From assembly GCA_964497635.1 (NCBI GenBank), contig CAZCDB010000001.1, forward strand, positions 1-57,210: DNA of 57,210 nucleotides, in the 5' to 3' direction. Positions within the stretch are counted from its first letter, which is position 1; each line of letters begins with the position of its first letter. The position numbers were made by a program, and so were the translations under genes. Origin of the DNA: an uncultured Planctomycetia bacterium (lineage in GTDB: Bacteria; Omnitrophota; Gorgyraeia; 2-02-FULL-51-18). Under the pieces are notes generated by a model that did no database searches, had not been told where the DNA came from, and saw nothing but the letters and a program-made list of their open reading frames with translations. Below are positions 27,267 to 36,964 of this stretch, one piece after another.

Positions 27267-28643
27267 TTAGCTGTGAATCAAGAGCAGTGTTGCGAGGGTG
27301 AAATAGGTCAGATTGCTGATAATGTCGGTAATCGTGGTAATCAAGGGACCGGTGGCGGTGGCCGGATCCACCCCGGCACGATCCAAAACGATAGGACCCA
27401 CAGCGCCAATGGTGGATGCGACGGTCATCGAGGTAAGAATGCCAGCGCCCACCACCAAGGAAAATTGAAAATGGTATTGGCTTCCATAAAGAAGATAGGC
27501 TGCGCCGCCCAGAAGGAGACTATAAATAAACCCCAGAAGGAAGCCGACTCCTACTTCGCGCAGGATGATGCTGGTTTTGTGGTGGCCATTAACCTGTCCC
27601 AAAGCGAGGCTGCGCACAACAATCGTGGCGGATTGGGAGCCGACATTTCCTCCCATTCCGGCAATTAGAGGGGAGAACGAAGCTAAAGCGATAATCTTGG
27701 CGATGATGGGTTCATGGTGTTTAATGATGAGGGAAATCACCATCCCGCCCAGAAGAGTGACTAGAAGCCATGGCATGCGAATGCGAACAACCTTTAGGAT
27801 AGATCTTTCATCAAAATCCTGAGCTTGCGTTCCTGCCATCTTGGCAATGTCTTCGGTGGCTTCTTGTTTCATGATGGACAAGATGTCATCAGAGGTAATG
27901 ACGCCAATCAATTTCCCCTCTTGATCGACAACCGGTGCTGAGGCCAGATGATACTTTTCAAAAATTTTAGCGACGTCTTCCTGATCTGTTTCCGGCCGAA
28001 TTTTTATCCCCTCAATCGAGGACATGAAGGTTTGAAGTTTTTCATCCGTCGGGGCGCTTAAAATATCTTGGACGTCCAGGGTTCCGACAGCTTTTCCTGT
28101 ATCGTCTGTGACAAAAAGGGAAGCCAAGTGTTTTTTTTGGTTGGGCCGAAGGATGGACTGGAGAAGTGAGATGGCTTGCTTGGCCGTCATTTTGGGGGAG
28201 AGACGGATAAACTCAGGGTGCATGAGACTGCCCGCCTGATTTTCCTCAAACTTCATTAAGGTATCGATGGAAGTCAGTGAAGCTTGATGTTTGATGAGGC
28301 TTGTCATGCGCTTGACCATGCGCGGGGGCATGACATGAAATATTTTAGCCAGATCCGGAGAGTCTATGCCTTCCAGGATAGGTGTCACCATATCTTCTTG
28401 GAGCTTATCCAGGAGGTATTTTTGATCTTCCAGTTCAAGGATTTCAAAAAGTTTGAGAGCGGTTCTGGAAGGAAGGAGTCTAAAAATTTGTAATTTTTCT
28501 TGCTCGTCAAAGTGTTTCCAACACCCCGCGAAATCAATCGGGGAGTATTCACGGGCCAGCTGTTTTAGAAGGACGTAGTCTCTTTGCTTCAAAAGCTCCC
28601 GAATTTCTGGGATCAGAAGCGTCATGACATGAGTTTGTTCCAT
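27267..28643 (-). CDS. mgtE: Magnesium transporter MgtE
   Basis: MgtE N-domain, a tandem CBS pair and five C-terminal TM segments (GNVGSQSATIVVR, TTITDI). Confidence 0.9.
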   Translation of the reverse strand: MEQTHVMTLLIPEIRELLKQRDYVLLKQLAREYSPIDFAGCWKHFDEQEKLQIFRLLPSRTALKLFEILELEDQKYLLDKLQEDMVTPILEGIDSPDLAKIFHVMPPRMVKRMTSLIKHQASLTSIDTLMKFEENQAGSLMHPEFIRLSPKMTAKQAISLLQSILRPNQKKHLASLFVTDDTGKAVGTLDVQDILSAPTDEKLQTFMSSIEGIKIRPETDQEDVAKIFEKYHLASAPVVDQEGKLIGVITSDDILSIMKQEATEDIAKMAGTQAQDFDERSILKVVRIRMPWLLVTLLGGMVISLIIKHHEPIIAKIIALASFSPLIAGMGGNVGSQSATIVVRSLALGQVNGHHKTSIILREVGVGFLLGFIYSLLLGGAAYLLYGSQYHFQFSLVVGAGILTSMTVASTIGAVGPIVLDRAGVDPATATGPLITTITDIISNLTYFTLATLLLIHS

Positions 28644-28749
28644 AGAGCCTTAGAATAGGCGCCGAAGATAACCTTGTCAATCACGAAGCCTCTAAGGGTC
28701 TCCCAAAATAGAGCTTTAGCCCCTAGCTTCGATGGGTTATACTGACTCA

Positions 28750-29103
28750 ATGAAACAATTCTCTAGAGGTTTTACCTTGCTTGAAATCATGATTGTTTGC
28801 GCGGTGATTGTTATGTTGGGGTCTATTGCGGTTCCTTCGTTTAGGGTCGCAAGAGAAACCGCGAGAACAAATTCCTGCTTAAATAATCTAAGAATTATTT
28901 CCCAGGCTAAAAATCAACTGGCTCTAGCAGACGGTTTGGGGGATGAGGACGTACCAACATCGGCGCAAATTTCTCCTTACCTTAAATTTGCCGATTCTTC
29001 CACCGGTCTCCCCGCAGAGCCTTTGGGCGGTACTTATTCCATCAATGAGATTAATATCAAGCCGACCTGCAGCGTTGGCTCCCCCCACGTCCTTCAAGAT
29101 TAA
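28750..29103 (+). CDS. Prepilin-type N-terminal cleavage/methylation domain protein (type IV pilin or pseudopilin-like)
   Basis: MKQFSRG-FTLLEIMIVCAVIVMLGSIAV is a class III signal peptide with Glu+5. The start is moved to the second in-frame ATG (28750) to give a canonical short leader. The track ORF starts at 28732. Confidence 0.8.
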   Translation: MKQFSRGFTLLEIMIVCAVIVMLGSIAVPSFRVARETARTNSCLNNLRIISQAKNQLALADGLGDEDVPTSAQISPYLKFADSSTGLPAEPLGGTYSINEINIKPTCSVGSPHVLQD

Positions 29104-29133
29104 ACCAACTGTTTTGTTTTTGGAGGTCCGGGC

Positions 29134-29997
29134 ATGAAAAAAGTATTAATCGTTGCCAAAAAAAGCGCTTACCAGACTTATTTTAATGAGTACCAACACC
29201 AGTCGCTTAAAAAACTAATCCGCAAAGGCGACGCGGCGCTCCTAAGAATCCGTCGTTCCCATGACACCCACTACAAAACACTTGAGGATATCCGACAATT
29301 TTTAAAAAAAAGAAATGTTTCTGTGCATGTTTTATTTCGAGGGGAAAAGTTTGATTCTAAAAAATATGATCTGGTGATTTCAGTGGGTGGGGATGGCTCA
29401 TTTTTGGAGGCGTCTCATCAGCTTGAAAAAGGACTCATTCTTGGGGTCAACTCGGACACCAGTCACAGTGTTGGAAAACTTTGCCCGGCCAATCGTAGCA
29501 ATTTTGAGTATTATTTTAATCAAATCCAAAAAGGTCATTTCAAAATCCAGTCGCTTCACCGCATGGAAGTCCGTCTAAATCGTAAAAAATTGGCCTTTTA
29601 TGTGCTCAACGATATTCTTGTCACTCATCTGTGCCCGGCGGCCATGAGCCACTACACGATCCAAATCGGTTCTGTGGCTGAAAAACAAAGAAGCTCGGGT
29701 GTTTGGATCTCAACCGCTGCGGGTTCGACGGCGGCGATGCATTCAGCGGGCGGTCGACCGATGCTACAGACTTCCAAGGCTCTTCAGTATTTGCCGCGAG
29801 AGCTTTTTCAGGGGCACGGTCAAGACTATAGACTCCAGGGTGGGATTCTTCCTCCAGGTAAAAAACTGACCCTTGTTTCCCAAATGCAAGAGGGGATGCT
29901 TTATCTGGACGGCGCCCACCATACAATGCCGTTTGGGTACGGGGATCGTCTGGAAGTGTCAGATGGGGTGCCGCTTCATAGTGTTTTTATTGCTTGA
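29134..29997 (+). CDS. nadK: NAD kinase
   Basis: DLVISVGGDGSFL, VNSD, NDILV and STAAGSTAAMHSAGG motifs. Confidence 0.8.
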   Translation: MKKVLIVAKKSAYQTYFNEYQHQSLKKLIRKGDAALLRIRRSHDTHYKTLEDIRQFLKKRNVSVHVLFRGEKFDSKKYDLVISVGGDGSFLEASHQLEKGLILGVNSDTSHSVGKLCPANRSNFEYYFNQIQKGHFKIQSLHRMEVRLNRKKLAFYVLNDILVTHLCPAAMSHYTIQIGSVAEKQRSSGVWISTAAGSTAAMHSAGGRPMLQTSKALQYLPRELFQGHGQDYRLQGGILPPGKKLTLVSQMQEGMLYLDGAHHTMPFGYGDRLEVSDGVPLHSVFIA

Positions 29998-30042
29998 CGC
30001 CCATAATTTTATTATTTATGATATTTCTGTAATTTCAGAAAT
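29994..30042 (+). promoter_or_regulatory. sigma70-type promoter plus inverted-repeat operator upstream of the GbsR/MarR-type regulator
   Basis: TTGACG (29994-29999), 17-nt spacer, TATGAT (30017-30022). This is followed immediately by ATTTCTG-N6-CAGAAAT (30023-30042), 8 nt before ATG 30050. Confidence 0.55.
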
Positions 30043-30049
30043 ATAGATA

Positions 30050-30601
30050 ATGAAACTATCCGAAGTTCAAAAACGCTTTATTCTTCATTGGGGGGAGATT
30101 GGCGCCTGGTCCGGAATCAACCGGACGGTGGCCCAGATCTTTGCCCTGCTCTATCTTTCCGATAAAGCTCTAAACGCCGAACAAATCGCAGAAACTCTTT
30201 CCATCTCCAGGTCCAATGTCAGCACGGGGATCCGTGAACTTCAGACCTGGCGTCTGATTCGGGTGATTCATGTCATAGGGGACCGGCGGGATCATTTTGA
30301 AACACTCAAAGATGTTTGGGAGATGTTCTCGCTCATGATGGATGAGAGGCGACGCCGGGAGTTTGACCCGACTCGCCAGGTTTTAAAATCCTGCTTGGAG
30401 GATTTGGAAAAAGCAAGTCCGGAAGATTTATCCACCAAAAAAGCGATTGGGCAGATGCTTGATTTTTTTGACACGATGACGATATTTCATGATGAGCTTC
30501 GACAAATTCCCTCCAAGCAGATGAAGCAATTTGTCGCCTCGACTCGGAAAATCCAACAACTACTAAAATTATTGCCATCGTATGGAAAAGAGAAGACATA
30601 A
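30050..30601 (+). CDS. GbsR/MarR-family winged-helix transcriptional regulator
   Basis: FILHWGEIGAWSGINRTVAQIFALLYLSDKALNAEQIAETLSISRSNVSTGIRELQTWRLI matches the GbsR/COG1510 pattern. Confidence 0.75.
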   Translation: MKLSEVQKRFILHWGEIGAWSGINRTVAQIFALLYLSDKALNAEQIAETLSISRSNVSTGIRELQTWRLIRVIHVIGDRRDHFETLKDVWEMFSLMMDERRRREFDPTRQVLKSCLEDLEKASPEDLSTKKAIGQMLDFFDTMTIFHDELRQIPSKQMKQFVASTRKIQQLLKLLPSYGKEKT

Positions 30602-30603
30602 CC

Positions 30604-31335
30604 ATGGCGATCCTTCTGTTTATTCTCCTCCACTGGTATCTAGCGGCTTTTTGTCAGACGGTGTATTTGCATCGATACGCGTCGCATCAGATGTTTACAA
30701 TGACACGTTTTTGGGAGCGCGTGTTTTACGTCCTCACCTTCATCACTCAAGGGTCTTCTTATCTCAATCCTCGCGCTTATGCTCTAATGCATCGGATGCA
30801 TCATGCTTATAGCGATACAACAAGCGATCCTCACTCTCCTGTTTTTTTTAAAAGTCCTGTCCGGATGATGCTTAACACATTGAAGGTCTATCTAGATTTA
30901 TATTCCAATAAAATTCAGCCCGAGCCAAAATTTGAGGGCGGGTACCCCGAGTGGCCGGTGTTTGATCGGTGGGCCAATCTTTTGGGAGTGCGATTTCTCT
31001 GGATTGTCGCGTATATCGCTTTTTATGTCTATTTCGCGACGGCGTGGTGGCAGTTTTTGTTGATCCCTATCCACATTTTTATGGGACCAATCCATGGGGC
31101 GATCGTCAACTGGTGCGGTCACCGCTACGGCTATGCCAATCACGACAATCGTGATCAATCCAAAAACACCCTCTCGGTCGATCTATTGACCATGGGGGAG
31201 CTGATGCAAAATAATCATCACCGGGATACCCAGAGAGTTAACTTTGCCCATCGTTGGTTTGAGTGGGATCCGACGTACTTCTTGCTTCGGATCCTTCACC
31301 GGGCTAAAGTGCTCCGTTTTAGCAGGTCTCAGTAA
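30604..31335 (+). CDS. Short membrane fatty-acid desaturase family protein
   Basis: His boxes HRYASH, HRMHHAYSDTTSDPH and NNHH. It starts 3 nt after the regulator stop. Confidence 0.8.
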   Translation: MAILLFILLHWYLAAFCQTVYLHRYASHQMFTMTRFWERVFYVLTFITQGSSYLNPRAYALMHRMHHAYSDTTSDPHSPVFFKSPVRMMLNTLKVYLDLYSNKIQPEPKFEGGYPEWPVFDRWANLLGVRFLWIVAYIAFYVYFATAWWQFLLIPIHIFMGPIHGAIVNWCGHRYGYANHDNRDQSKNTLSVDLLTMGELMQNNHHRDTQRVNFAHRWFEWDPTYFLLRILHRAKVLRFSRSQ

Positions 31336-32126
31336 TGTCCACTTTTCACTTGGCTTGCCTTTTGGGAGTGATGTTTGTTTTTATTTTCATGATTTTTTTG
31401 TGGGTTTTACAGCTGAAAACAAAAAATGCGGGCGTTGTCGATCTAGGGTGGACTCTCTCGTTGGTGGTTTTGGTGGTCTCTTATGCGGTGGCGGCGCCCG
31501 GAGCATTTCAGCGTAAGTTTTTGATTGTCGGCATGGTGCTGTGCTGGGGACTGCGATTGGCTTCTCATATTTACCGACGGATACAAAAAGAAGTCCATGA
31601 AGATCACCGCTATCAGAGCATGAGGCAAGCTCTGGGGAATAAGGCTCCTTTCTTTTTTCTCCTCTTTTTTCTTTTTCAAGCGGTGGTGGCGGTGGCGATT
31701 TCGCTGCCGTTTTACCTAGCGTCTAAAAATCCAGATCCAAAGCTTTATCCCGTGGAAGTGATCGCTTTAATTTTATGGGGGATTGCTTTCACGGGTGAGA
31801 CCATCGCAGATGCTCAGCTGCGTGGTTTTAAACACGATCCCGCCAATCGTGGCAAAGTCTGTGAGGTGGGTCTTTGGAACTATTCGCGGCATCCCAACTA
31901 TTTTTTTGAATGCCTTATCTGGATCAGTTATTTTCTGGTGGCGTCGGCGTCTCCCGGGGGAATTTACGCATTGGTCAGTCCGGTACTCATGATTTTTTTT
32001 ATTGTGAAGGTGAGCGGCGTACCTCCGGCGGAAGCACAGTCTCTGGCTTCGCGTGGAGAAGCTTACCGACGCTATCAAGCCTCCACCTCTGTCCTAATTC
32101 CCTGGTTTAAGAAAAATAAGGTATGA
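31335..32126 (+). CDS. DUF1295 / steroid-5-alpha-reductase-like membrane protein
   Basis: Multi-TM, with C-terminal GLWNYSRHPNYFFECLIW typical of DUF1295/ICMT-like proteins. TAATG overlap with the upstream gene. Confidence 0.75.
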   Translation: MSTFHLACLLGVMFVFIFMIFLWVLQLKTKNAGVVDLGWTLSLVVLVVSYAVAAPGAFQRKFLIVGMVLCWGLRLASHIYRRIQKEVHEDHRYQSMRQALGNKAPFFFLLFFLFQAVVAVAISLPFYLASKNPDPKLYPVEVIALILWGIAFTGETIADAQLRGFKHDPANRGKVCEVGLWNYSRHPNYFFECLIWISYFLVASASPGGIYALVSPVLMIFFIVKVSGVPPAEAQSLASRGEAYRRYQASTSVLIPWFKKNKV

Positions 32127-33160
32127 GTTTTCAATTTACCCTGCTTGAAAAAGGACTTCTTCCAGATGTTCTTATCCGTTGGGGGATCCGCGATCTTTTG
32201 AAGAAAAAACTCGAGCTTGAATCCCGCGGGGGAGTCCAGGCCCAATCCGAGCGTTTCCGTCAATTTCTTGAGGCAACGCGCAAAAGCCCTATTTCCATCA
32301 ATACCGATGAGGCCAATGCCCAGCATTACGAGGTGCCGGCAGAGTTTTTTGAAAAAATCATGGGCTCTCGGATGAAATACAGCTCGGGGTACTGGAAGGA
32401 TGGAGTTTCTTGGCTCAACCAATCCGAAGAAGACATGCTGGCACTGACCGCTCAAAGGGCCGAGCTTCGGGACGGACAAACTATTTTAGAGCTGGGTTGC
32501 GGCTGGGGATCGCTGACACTTTGGATGGCCGAGCATTTTCCCAAAAGCCGTATCGTGGCTGTCTCCAATTCCAAAAGCCAAAAGCAATTTATCGAGGCTA
32601 AAGCCGCTCGCCTTGGCATCCGCAACGTCACCGTCATTACTTGTGAAATGAGCCAGTTTCATACGGAAGAGACCTTTGACCGGATTGTCACCGTGGAAAT
32701 GTTTGAGCACATGCGAAACTACGAAAAACTTTTTGAAAAAGTCTCCGGATTTTTAAAGCCCTTAGGCAAACTATTCATTCATGTATTTTCTCACAAGCAG
32801 TGGGCCTACTTTTATGAGGACAATGGACCCCAGGATTGGATCACGCGCTTTTTTTTCTCAGGCGGGACGATGCCCAGTCATCACTTGTTTCTTTATTTTC
32901 AAAATTTTTTGACGATTGAAAATCACTGGCAAGTGGACGGGACCCATTATCAGAAAACTTGCCGGGCCTGGTTGGAGAATATGGACCGTCATGAAAAAGA
33001 AATCCGGCCTATTTTAAAAAAGGTTTACGGCGCTGAGAGCGGGAAGTGGTGGGTGTATTGGCGTGTGTTTTTTATGGCGTGTGAGGAGCTTTTTGGCTAT
33101 CGGGGAGGTCAAGAGTGGATGGTAAGCCACTATCTTTTTCGGAAGGCTTCGGGTGAATAA
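32123..33160 (+). CDS. Cyclopropane-fatty-acyl-phospholipid-synthase-like SAM methyltransferase (copy 1)
   Basis: AQHYEVPAEFFEKIMGSRMKYSSGYW, the SAM motif ILELGCGWGSL, and VEMFEHM. Confidence 0.85.
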   Translation: MSFQFTLLEKGLLPDVLIRWGIRDLLKKKLELESRGGVQAQSERFRQFLEATRKSPISINTDEANAQHYEVPAEFFEKIMGSRMKYSSGYWKDGVSWLNQSEEDMLALTAQRAELRDGQTILELGCGWGSLTLWMAEHFPKSRIVAVSNSKSQKQFIEAKAARLGIRNVTVITCEMSQFHTEETFDRIVTVEMFEHMRNYEKLFEKVSGFLKPLGKLFIHVFSHKQWAYFYEDNGPQDWITRFFFSGGTMPSHHLFLYFQNFLTIENHWQVDGTHYQKTCRAWLENMDRHEKEIRPILKKVYGAESGKWWVYWRVFFMACEELFGYRGGQEWMVSHYLFRKASGE

Positions 33161-34397
33161 ACCAAAGGTAGCGGTCATCGGCACCGGCATCGCAGGGATG
33201 GCGGCGGCTTACACACTTCGGGATCGATGCGAAATTTCATTTTACGAAAAAGAAGCGGTTCCAGGAGGACATACTCACACTGTCACCATCGATGAAGAAG
33301 GTCAGCCGATTTTCATCGACACGGGGTTTATGGTCTACAACGAAGTGACTTATCCGGAGCTGGTCCGATTTTTCAAAGCGCTGGAGATTCCCGTTAAAAA
33401 TACCTCGATGTCTTTTAGCGTCCAGCACAAACCTTCCGATCTTGAGTACTGCGGCACCGGCATCGCGGGACTTTTTTCCCAGAAAAAAAATATTTTTCGG
33501 CCCTCTTATTGGAAACTACTTGGGGCGATTGATCGATTTAATCGCGAGTGTTTAGAGATTTTGTCGGAAGGGGCGAACCCCAATCAAACAATTGCCGAAT
33601 ATGTTCTAAAAAAAAATCTAGGGGAAGATATTCTTGAAAAGTATCTTCTCCCAATGAGTGCGGCGATCTGGTCAACTCCTCCGGACAAAATGCTGCAGTT
33701 TCCGGCACGGACCTTGGTGCGTTTTTTTAAAAACCATGGGCTTTTGGGACTGACCGGGCATTTTCAGTGGAAAACCATTGAAGGGGGAAGTCGTGTCTAC
33801 CGCGACAAAGTGCTCTCGTTTTTCCCAGGGGCTCTGAAACTAGACCGGGCCGCGGTGGAGGTTTCACAAGATCAGGGGGCTGTTTTGGTTCGGGACAGCC
33901 GAGGGGAAGAGGCGCGTTTTGAAGCGGTGGTTTTGGCCTCTCACGCGGATCAGACTCTCAAGATGTTAAAAGACCCTTCTGTTTTAGAGCGAGAGCTTTT
34001 ATCAAAATTTCGCTACCAGAAAAACTTCTCAGTGCTTCACACCGACGAATCTTTGATGCCAAAAACTCGCACGGCTTGGTCGTCCTGGAATTACCGGATT
34101 GAGCCAGACCGCGCGTCCAGCGTGATTTACTGGATGAACAGTCTTCAAGGGGTCTCTAAAAAGAAAAATTATTTTGTTTCCATCAATGATCCGGGTCAAA
34201 TAGATCCTGCAAAAATTTTATGGAAAAAAGAAGTCGAGCATCCGATTTATAACGCGGAAGCCGTTGAGGCTCAAAAGGAGCTTCCCCGGCTCAATGAAAA
34301 GGGACCGATTTATTTTTGCGGAAGCTACTTTAACTATGGCTTTCATGAGGATGCGTTTGTTTCGGGGGTCCGAGCGGCTGAGGCGATTTTAAAATGA
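33153..34397 (+). CDS. FAD/NAD-binding amine-oxidase-like oxidoreductase (COG2907 type)
   Basis: GTG start. Dinucleotide fold KVAVIGTGIAGMAAAY ... YEKEAVPGGHTHT. It sits directly upstream of DUF1365, as in conserved lipid clusters. Confidence 0.8.
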   Translation: MNKPKVAVIGTGIAGMAAAYTLRDRCEISFYEKEAVPGGHTHTVTIDEEGQPIFIDTGFMVYNEVTYPELVRFFKALEIPVKNTSMSFSVQHKPSDLEYCGTGIAGLFSQKKNIFRPSYWKLLGAIDRFNRECLEILSEGANPNQTIAEYVLKKNLGEDILEKYLLPMSAAIWSTPPDKMLQFPARTLVRFFKNHGLLGLTGHFQWKTIEGGSRVYRDKVLSFFPGALKLDRAAVEVSQDQGAVLVRDSRGEEARFEAVVLASHADQTLKMLKDPSVLERELLSKFRYQKNFSVLHTDESLMPKTRTAWSSWNYRIEPDRASSVIYWMNSLQGVSKKKNYFVSINDPGQIDPAKILWKKEVEHPIYNAEAVEAQKELPRLNEKGPIYFCGSYFNYGFHEDAFVSGVRAAEAILK

Positions 34398-35173
34398 GTT
34401 CTTGTCTCTACGAGTGCGATATCCTGCACGCTCGCTTCTCTCCAAAAAAGTACAAGCTCTCCCAAAAGATCTTTATGTTTTATCTGGATTTGGATGAGCT
34501 GGAGGATCTTGGGAAAAAATTTTTATTTTTTGGCCGAAACCAGTGGAAGCTCTTTAATTTTTGTGACAAAGACCACTATGTCGGCCCTCACCCAACCGCC
34601 AAAGAAAATATTCTCGCTTTTCTTTCTTCTAAAGGAATGTCACCGCTGCCTCAGAAAATCAAGCTTCTGACCCATTTGCGGGTTTTGGGCTATGTGTTTA
34701 ATCCGGTGTCTTTTTATTTTTGCTTTGACGGCCAGGACAGGCCGGTGGCGGTGGTGGCGGAGGTGGGGAATACGTTTGGGGAGCAAAAGGCATTTTATCT
34801 TGGAAAAGACAAATGGGTGGGAGATGCTTTTAAAGACCGTCAGACCAAATATTATTATATTTCTCCTTTTGTGGATTTGGATGCACAACTGGATTTTCAT
34901 CTAGAGGTTCCGGGTGAGACGATGAATATTCGGGTGGATGATTGGAAGGAAGGTCAGAAGTTTTTTATTTCGACGATGACGGGAAAAAGAAAGCCTCTTT
35001 CCGATGCCTCCCTTCTTTGGTATGCTCTGCGTTATCCGCTGGTAACGCTTCAGGTGATCTTATCGATTCACTGGCATGCGTGGCGGCTGTGGCTTTTAAA
35101 AGTGCCTCATCATCCCAAACAAGAAAGACCCGATTTGCAAAGAGACGTGACGCGTGAGTACCAAAAAAAGTAA
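34394..35173 (+). CDS. DUF1365 family protein
   Basis: SCLYECDILHARFSPKKYKLSQKIFMFYLDLDEL is the characteristic N-terminal pattern of DUF1365. ATGA overlap with the upstream gene. Confidence 0.75.
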   Translation: MSSCLYECDILHARFSPKKYKLSQKIFMFYLDLDELEDLGKKFLFFGRNQWKLFNFCDKDHYVGPHPTAKENILAFLSSKGMSPLPQKIKLLTHLRVLGYVFNPVSFYFCFDGQDRPVAVVAEVGNTFGEQKAFYLGKDKWVGDAFKDRQTKYYYISPFVDLDAQLDFHLEVPGETMNIRVDDWKEGQKFFISTMTGKRKPLSDASLLWYALRYPLVTLQVILSIHWHAWRLWLLKVPHHPKQERPDLQRDVTREYQKK

Positions 35174-36398
35174 TTTTTATCGGGAGCTGGTTTTAAAGCT
35201 CTTATCTGAGATGACTCTTGGAAGCCTGACTTTGCGGCTTCCGGAAGGGGATGAGCTTGTTTTTGGCCGGGGAGAGGGATCCATCCAGGCTCGTGCTCAA
35301 ATAACATCGGATCATTTTTTTAAAAAATGTGTTTTATATGGCGACGTGGGTTTTGGCGAGGCCTATGTCGATGGGGATTGGCAAACCGACGACATCGAAG
35401 CGGTGATTGCTTGGATGATTTTAAATGTTGAAAATCACCCGACACTGATGGACACGCGCCAAAAAAGCGCTCCGGTTAATTTTCTTGGATTCTTGAATCA
35501 GCTGCGCCATCAGTTTAAAGCCAATACGGTTGAAAAAAGCCGCAAAAATATCTCCGCTCATTATGATCTGGGCAATGAATTTTTTCGTCTTTTTTTGGAC
35601 CCGGGGATGACTTATTCTTCCGCTTATTTTGGCTCAGGTTTGGATGCGAAGCATGAGACATTGCAAGAGGCTCAAGAAAGAAAATATTCCCAGCTTTGTC
35701 ATAAGCTTCAGCTGAAGGCCTCCGACCATGTGCTTGAAATCGGAAGCGGTTGGGGAGGTTTTGCCATCCACGCGGCCAAGCATTTTTACTCCCATGTGAC
35801 GACGATTACCATTTCCCGGGAGCAGTACGCTTACGCGCGTGAGCGATTTAAAAAAGAAGGACTGGCAGATAAAATCGATATCCAGCTGGTGGACTATCGT
35901 CACCTGAAAGGCCAATATGACAAAATCGCCTCGATTGAGATGATTGAAGCGGTGGGGCATGAACATCTGCCGGCTTATTTTTCCCAGTGCCATCGGCTTT
36001 TGAAAAAGGATGGGCTTTTAGGGCTTCAGATGATTTTGGCACCGGATCACCGGTATGAGAGTTTTCGTCAGCGGCCGGATTGGATTCAAAAGCATATATT
36101 TCCTGGCGGGCTTTTGCCCTCTTTTGAGGCGATATTAAAGGCCTTACGAAAAACGGGGGATTTGGGGCTTCTGGGATATGAGGACATGACTCCGTTTTAT
36201 GCCAAAACTTTGGCACTCTGGAGAGAGAATTTTGGACGAGCCCAGGCTCAAGTGCGCTCCTTGGGGTTTGATGAGGCTTTTATCCGGAAGTGGAATTATT
36301 ACTTTTCTTACTGCGAAGCGGCGTTTCGGATGCGCAATATCAGCGTGGTTCAAGCGGTGTTTACTCGGCCCAACAATCACCGATTGGTATCTTCATGA
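35154..36398 (+). CDS. Cyclopropane-fatty-acyl-phospholipid-synthase-like SAM methyltransferase (copy 2)
   Basis: GFGEAYVDGDW, ISAHYDLGNEFF, VLEIGSGWGGFA and IEMIEAVGHE. Confidence 0.9.
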   Translation: MSTKKSNFYRELVLKLLSEMTLGSLTLRLPEGDELVFGRGEGSIQARAQITSDHFFKKCVLYGDVGFGEAYVDGDWQTDDIEAVIAWMILNVENHPTLMDTRQKSAPVNFLGFLNQLRHQFKANTVEKSRKNISAHYDLGNEFFRLFLDPGMTYSSAYFGSGLDAKHETLQEAQERKYSQLCHKLQLKASDHVLEIGSGWGGFAIHAAKHFYSHVTTITISREQYAYARERFKKEGLADKIDIQLVDYRHLKGQYDKIASIEMIEAVGHEHLPAYFSQCHRLLKKDGLLGLQMILAPDHRYESFRQRPDWIQKHIFPGGLLPSFEAILKALRKTGDLGLLGYEDMTPFYAKTLALWRENFGRAQAQVRSLGFDEAFIRKWNYYFSYCEAAFRMRNISVVQAVFTRPNNHRLVSS

Positions 36399-36964
36399 AG
36401 CGATTTTTGGGAATCCATGGATTTTTTATTCTTCTAAGTTCTTTCTTCATAAGTCCAGTATGGGCTGGAGTTTTAGACGCCTCACTACGCTCCTCTGGTC
36501 GTGATAATCAGATCGCCGCTTTAAAACAAGAAACACTGGTTCTTCGGGGCAAAGGAATTTTTCGCTACATGGGAGTGAGGCTTTATGAGGCGTTTCTTTA
36601 TGTGGGTGCCGGAGTGGAGCCTCTTTCGGAAACGCCTAGAAAATTGGTGATTCGCTACGACCGCGTTATCCCCAAAGATGCGATTATTCAGGCCGCTGAG
36701 AAAAATCTTAAAAATAACCCGGAAGTGCATTTTCTAGAGATTAAAGATAGGGTCGATCGCTTGCATCGTGCTTATGTGAGCGTTAAAAAAGGGGATGAGT
36801 ATTCCCTGGTCTATCGTTCCGGGAAAACCGTCCTCTTTTATAATCAGAAACCTTTGGTGGAGGTTCAAGGTGCCGATTTTGCCAAGGCTTATTTTAGTAT
36901 TTGGCTCTCGAAGTACTCCATCAATCAAAAACTCAGAAAAGAGCTCATTGGAGAGCCTCGATGA
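36395..36964 (+). CDS. Secreted chalcone-isomerase-like (fatty-acid-binding type) protein
   Basis: The start is set at ATG 36395 (ATGA overlap with the cfa-like stop). This gives the signal peptide MKRFLGIHGFFILLSSFFISPVWA. LVLRGKGIFRYMGVRLYEAFLYV and FAKAYFSIWLS match the Chalcone_3-type pattern. The track ORF start at 36290 lies inside the upstream gene. Confidence 0.7.
   Translation: MKRFLGIHGFFILLSSFFISPVWAGVLDASLRSSGRDNQIAALKQETLVLRGKGIFRYMGVRLYEAFLYVGAGVEPLSETPRKLVIRYDRVIPKDAIIQAAEKNLKNNPEVHFLEIKDRVDRLHRAYVSVKKGDEYSLVYRSGKTVLFYNQKPLVEVQGADFAKAYFSIWLSKYSINQKLRKELIGEPR

Noticed and set aside
28644-28749. M-box (Mg2+) riboswitch in the mgtE leader.
   Set aside because: Only about 90-100 nt are available between mgtE and the divergent pilin gene. 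That is too short for the ~160-nt M-box, and I see no matching multi-helix pattern.
36290-36964. Longer 5' extensions of the chalcone-isomerase-like ORF (start 36290) and the thioesterase ORF (start 36901).
   Set aside because: The extensions lie inside the upstream genes. The ATGA-coupled starts at 36395 and 36961 give a canonical signal peptide and family-typical N-termini.
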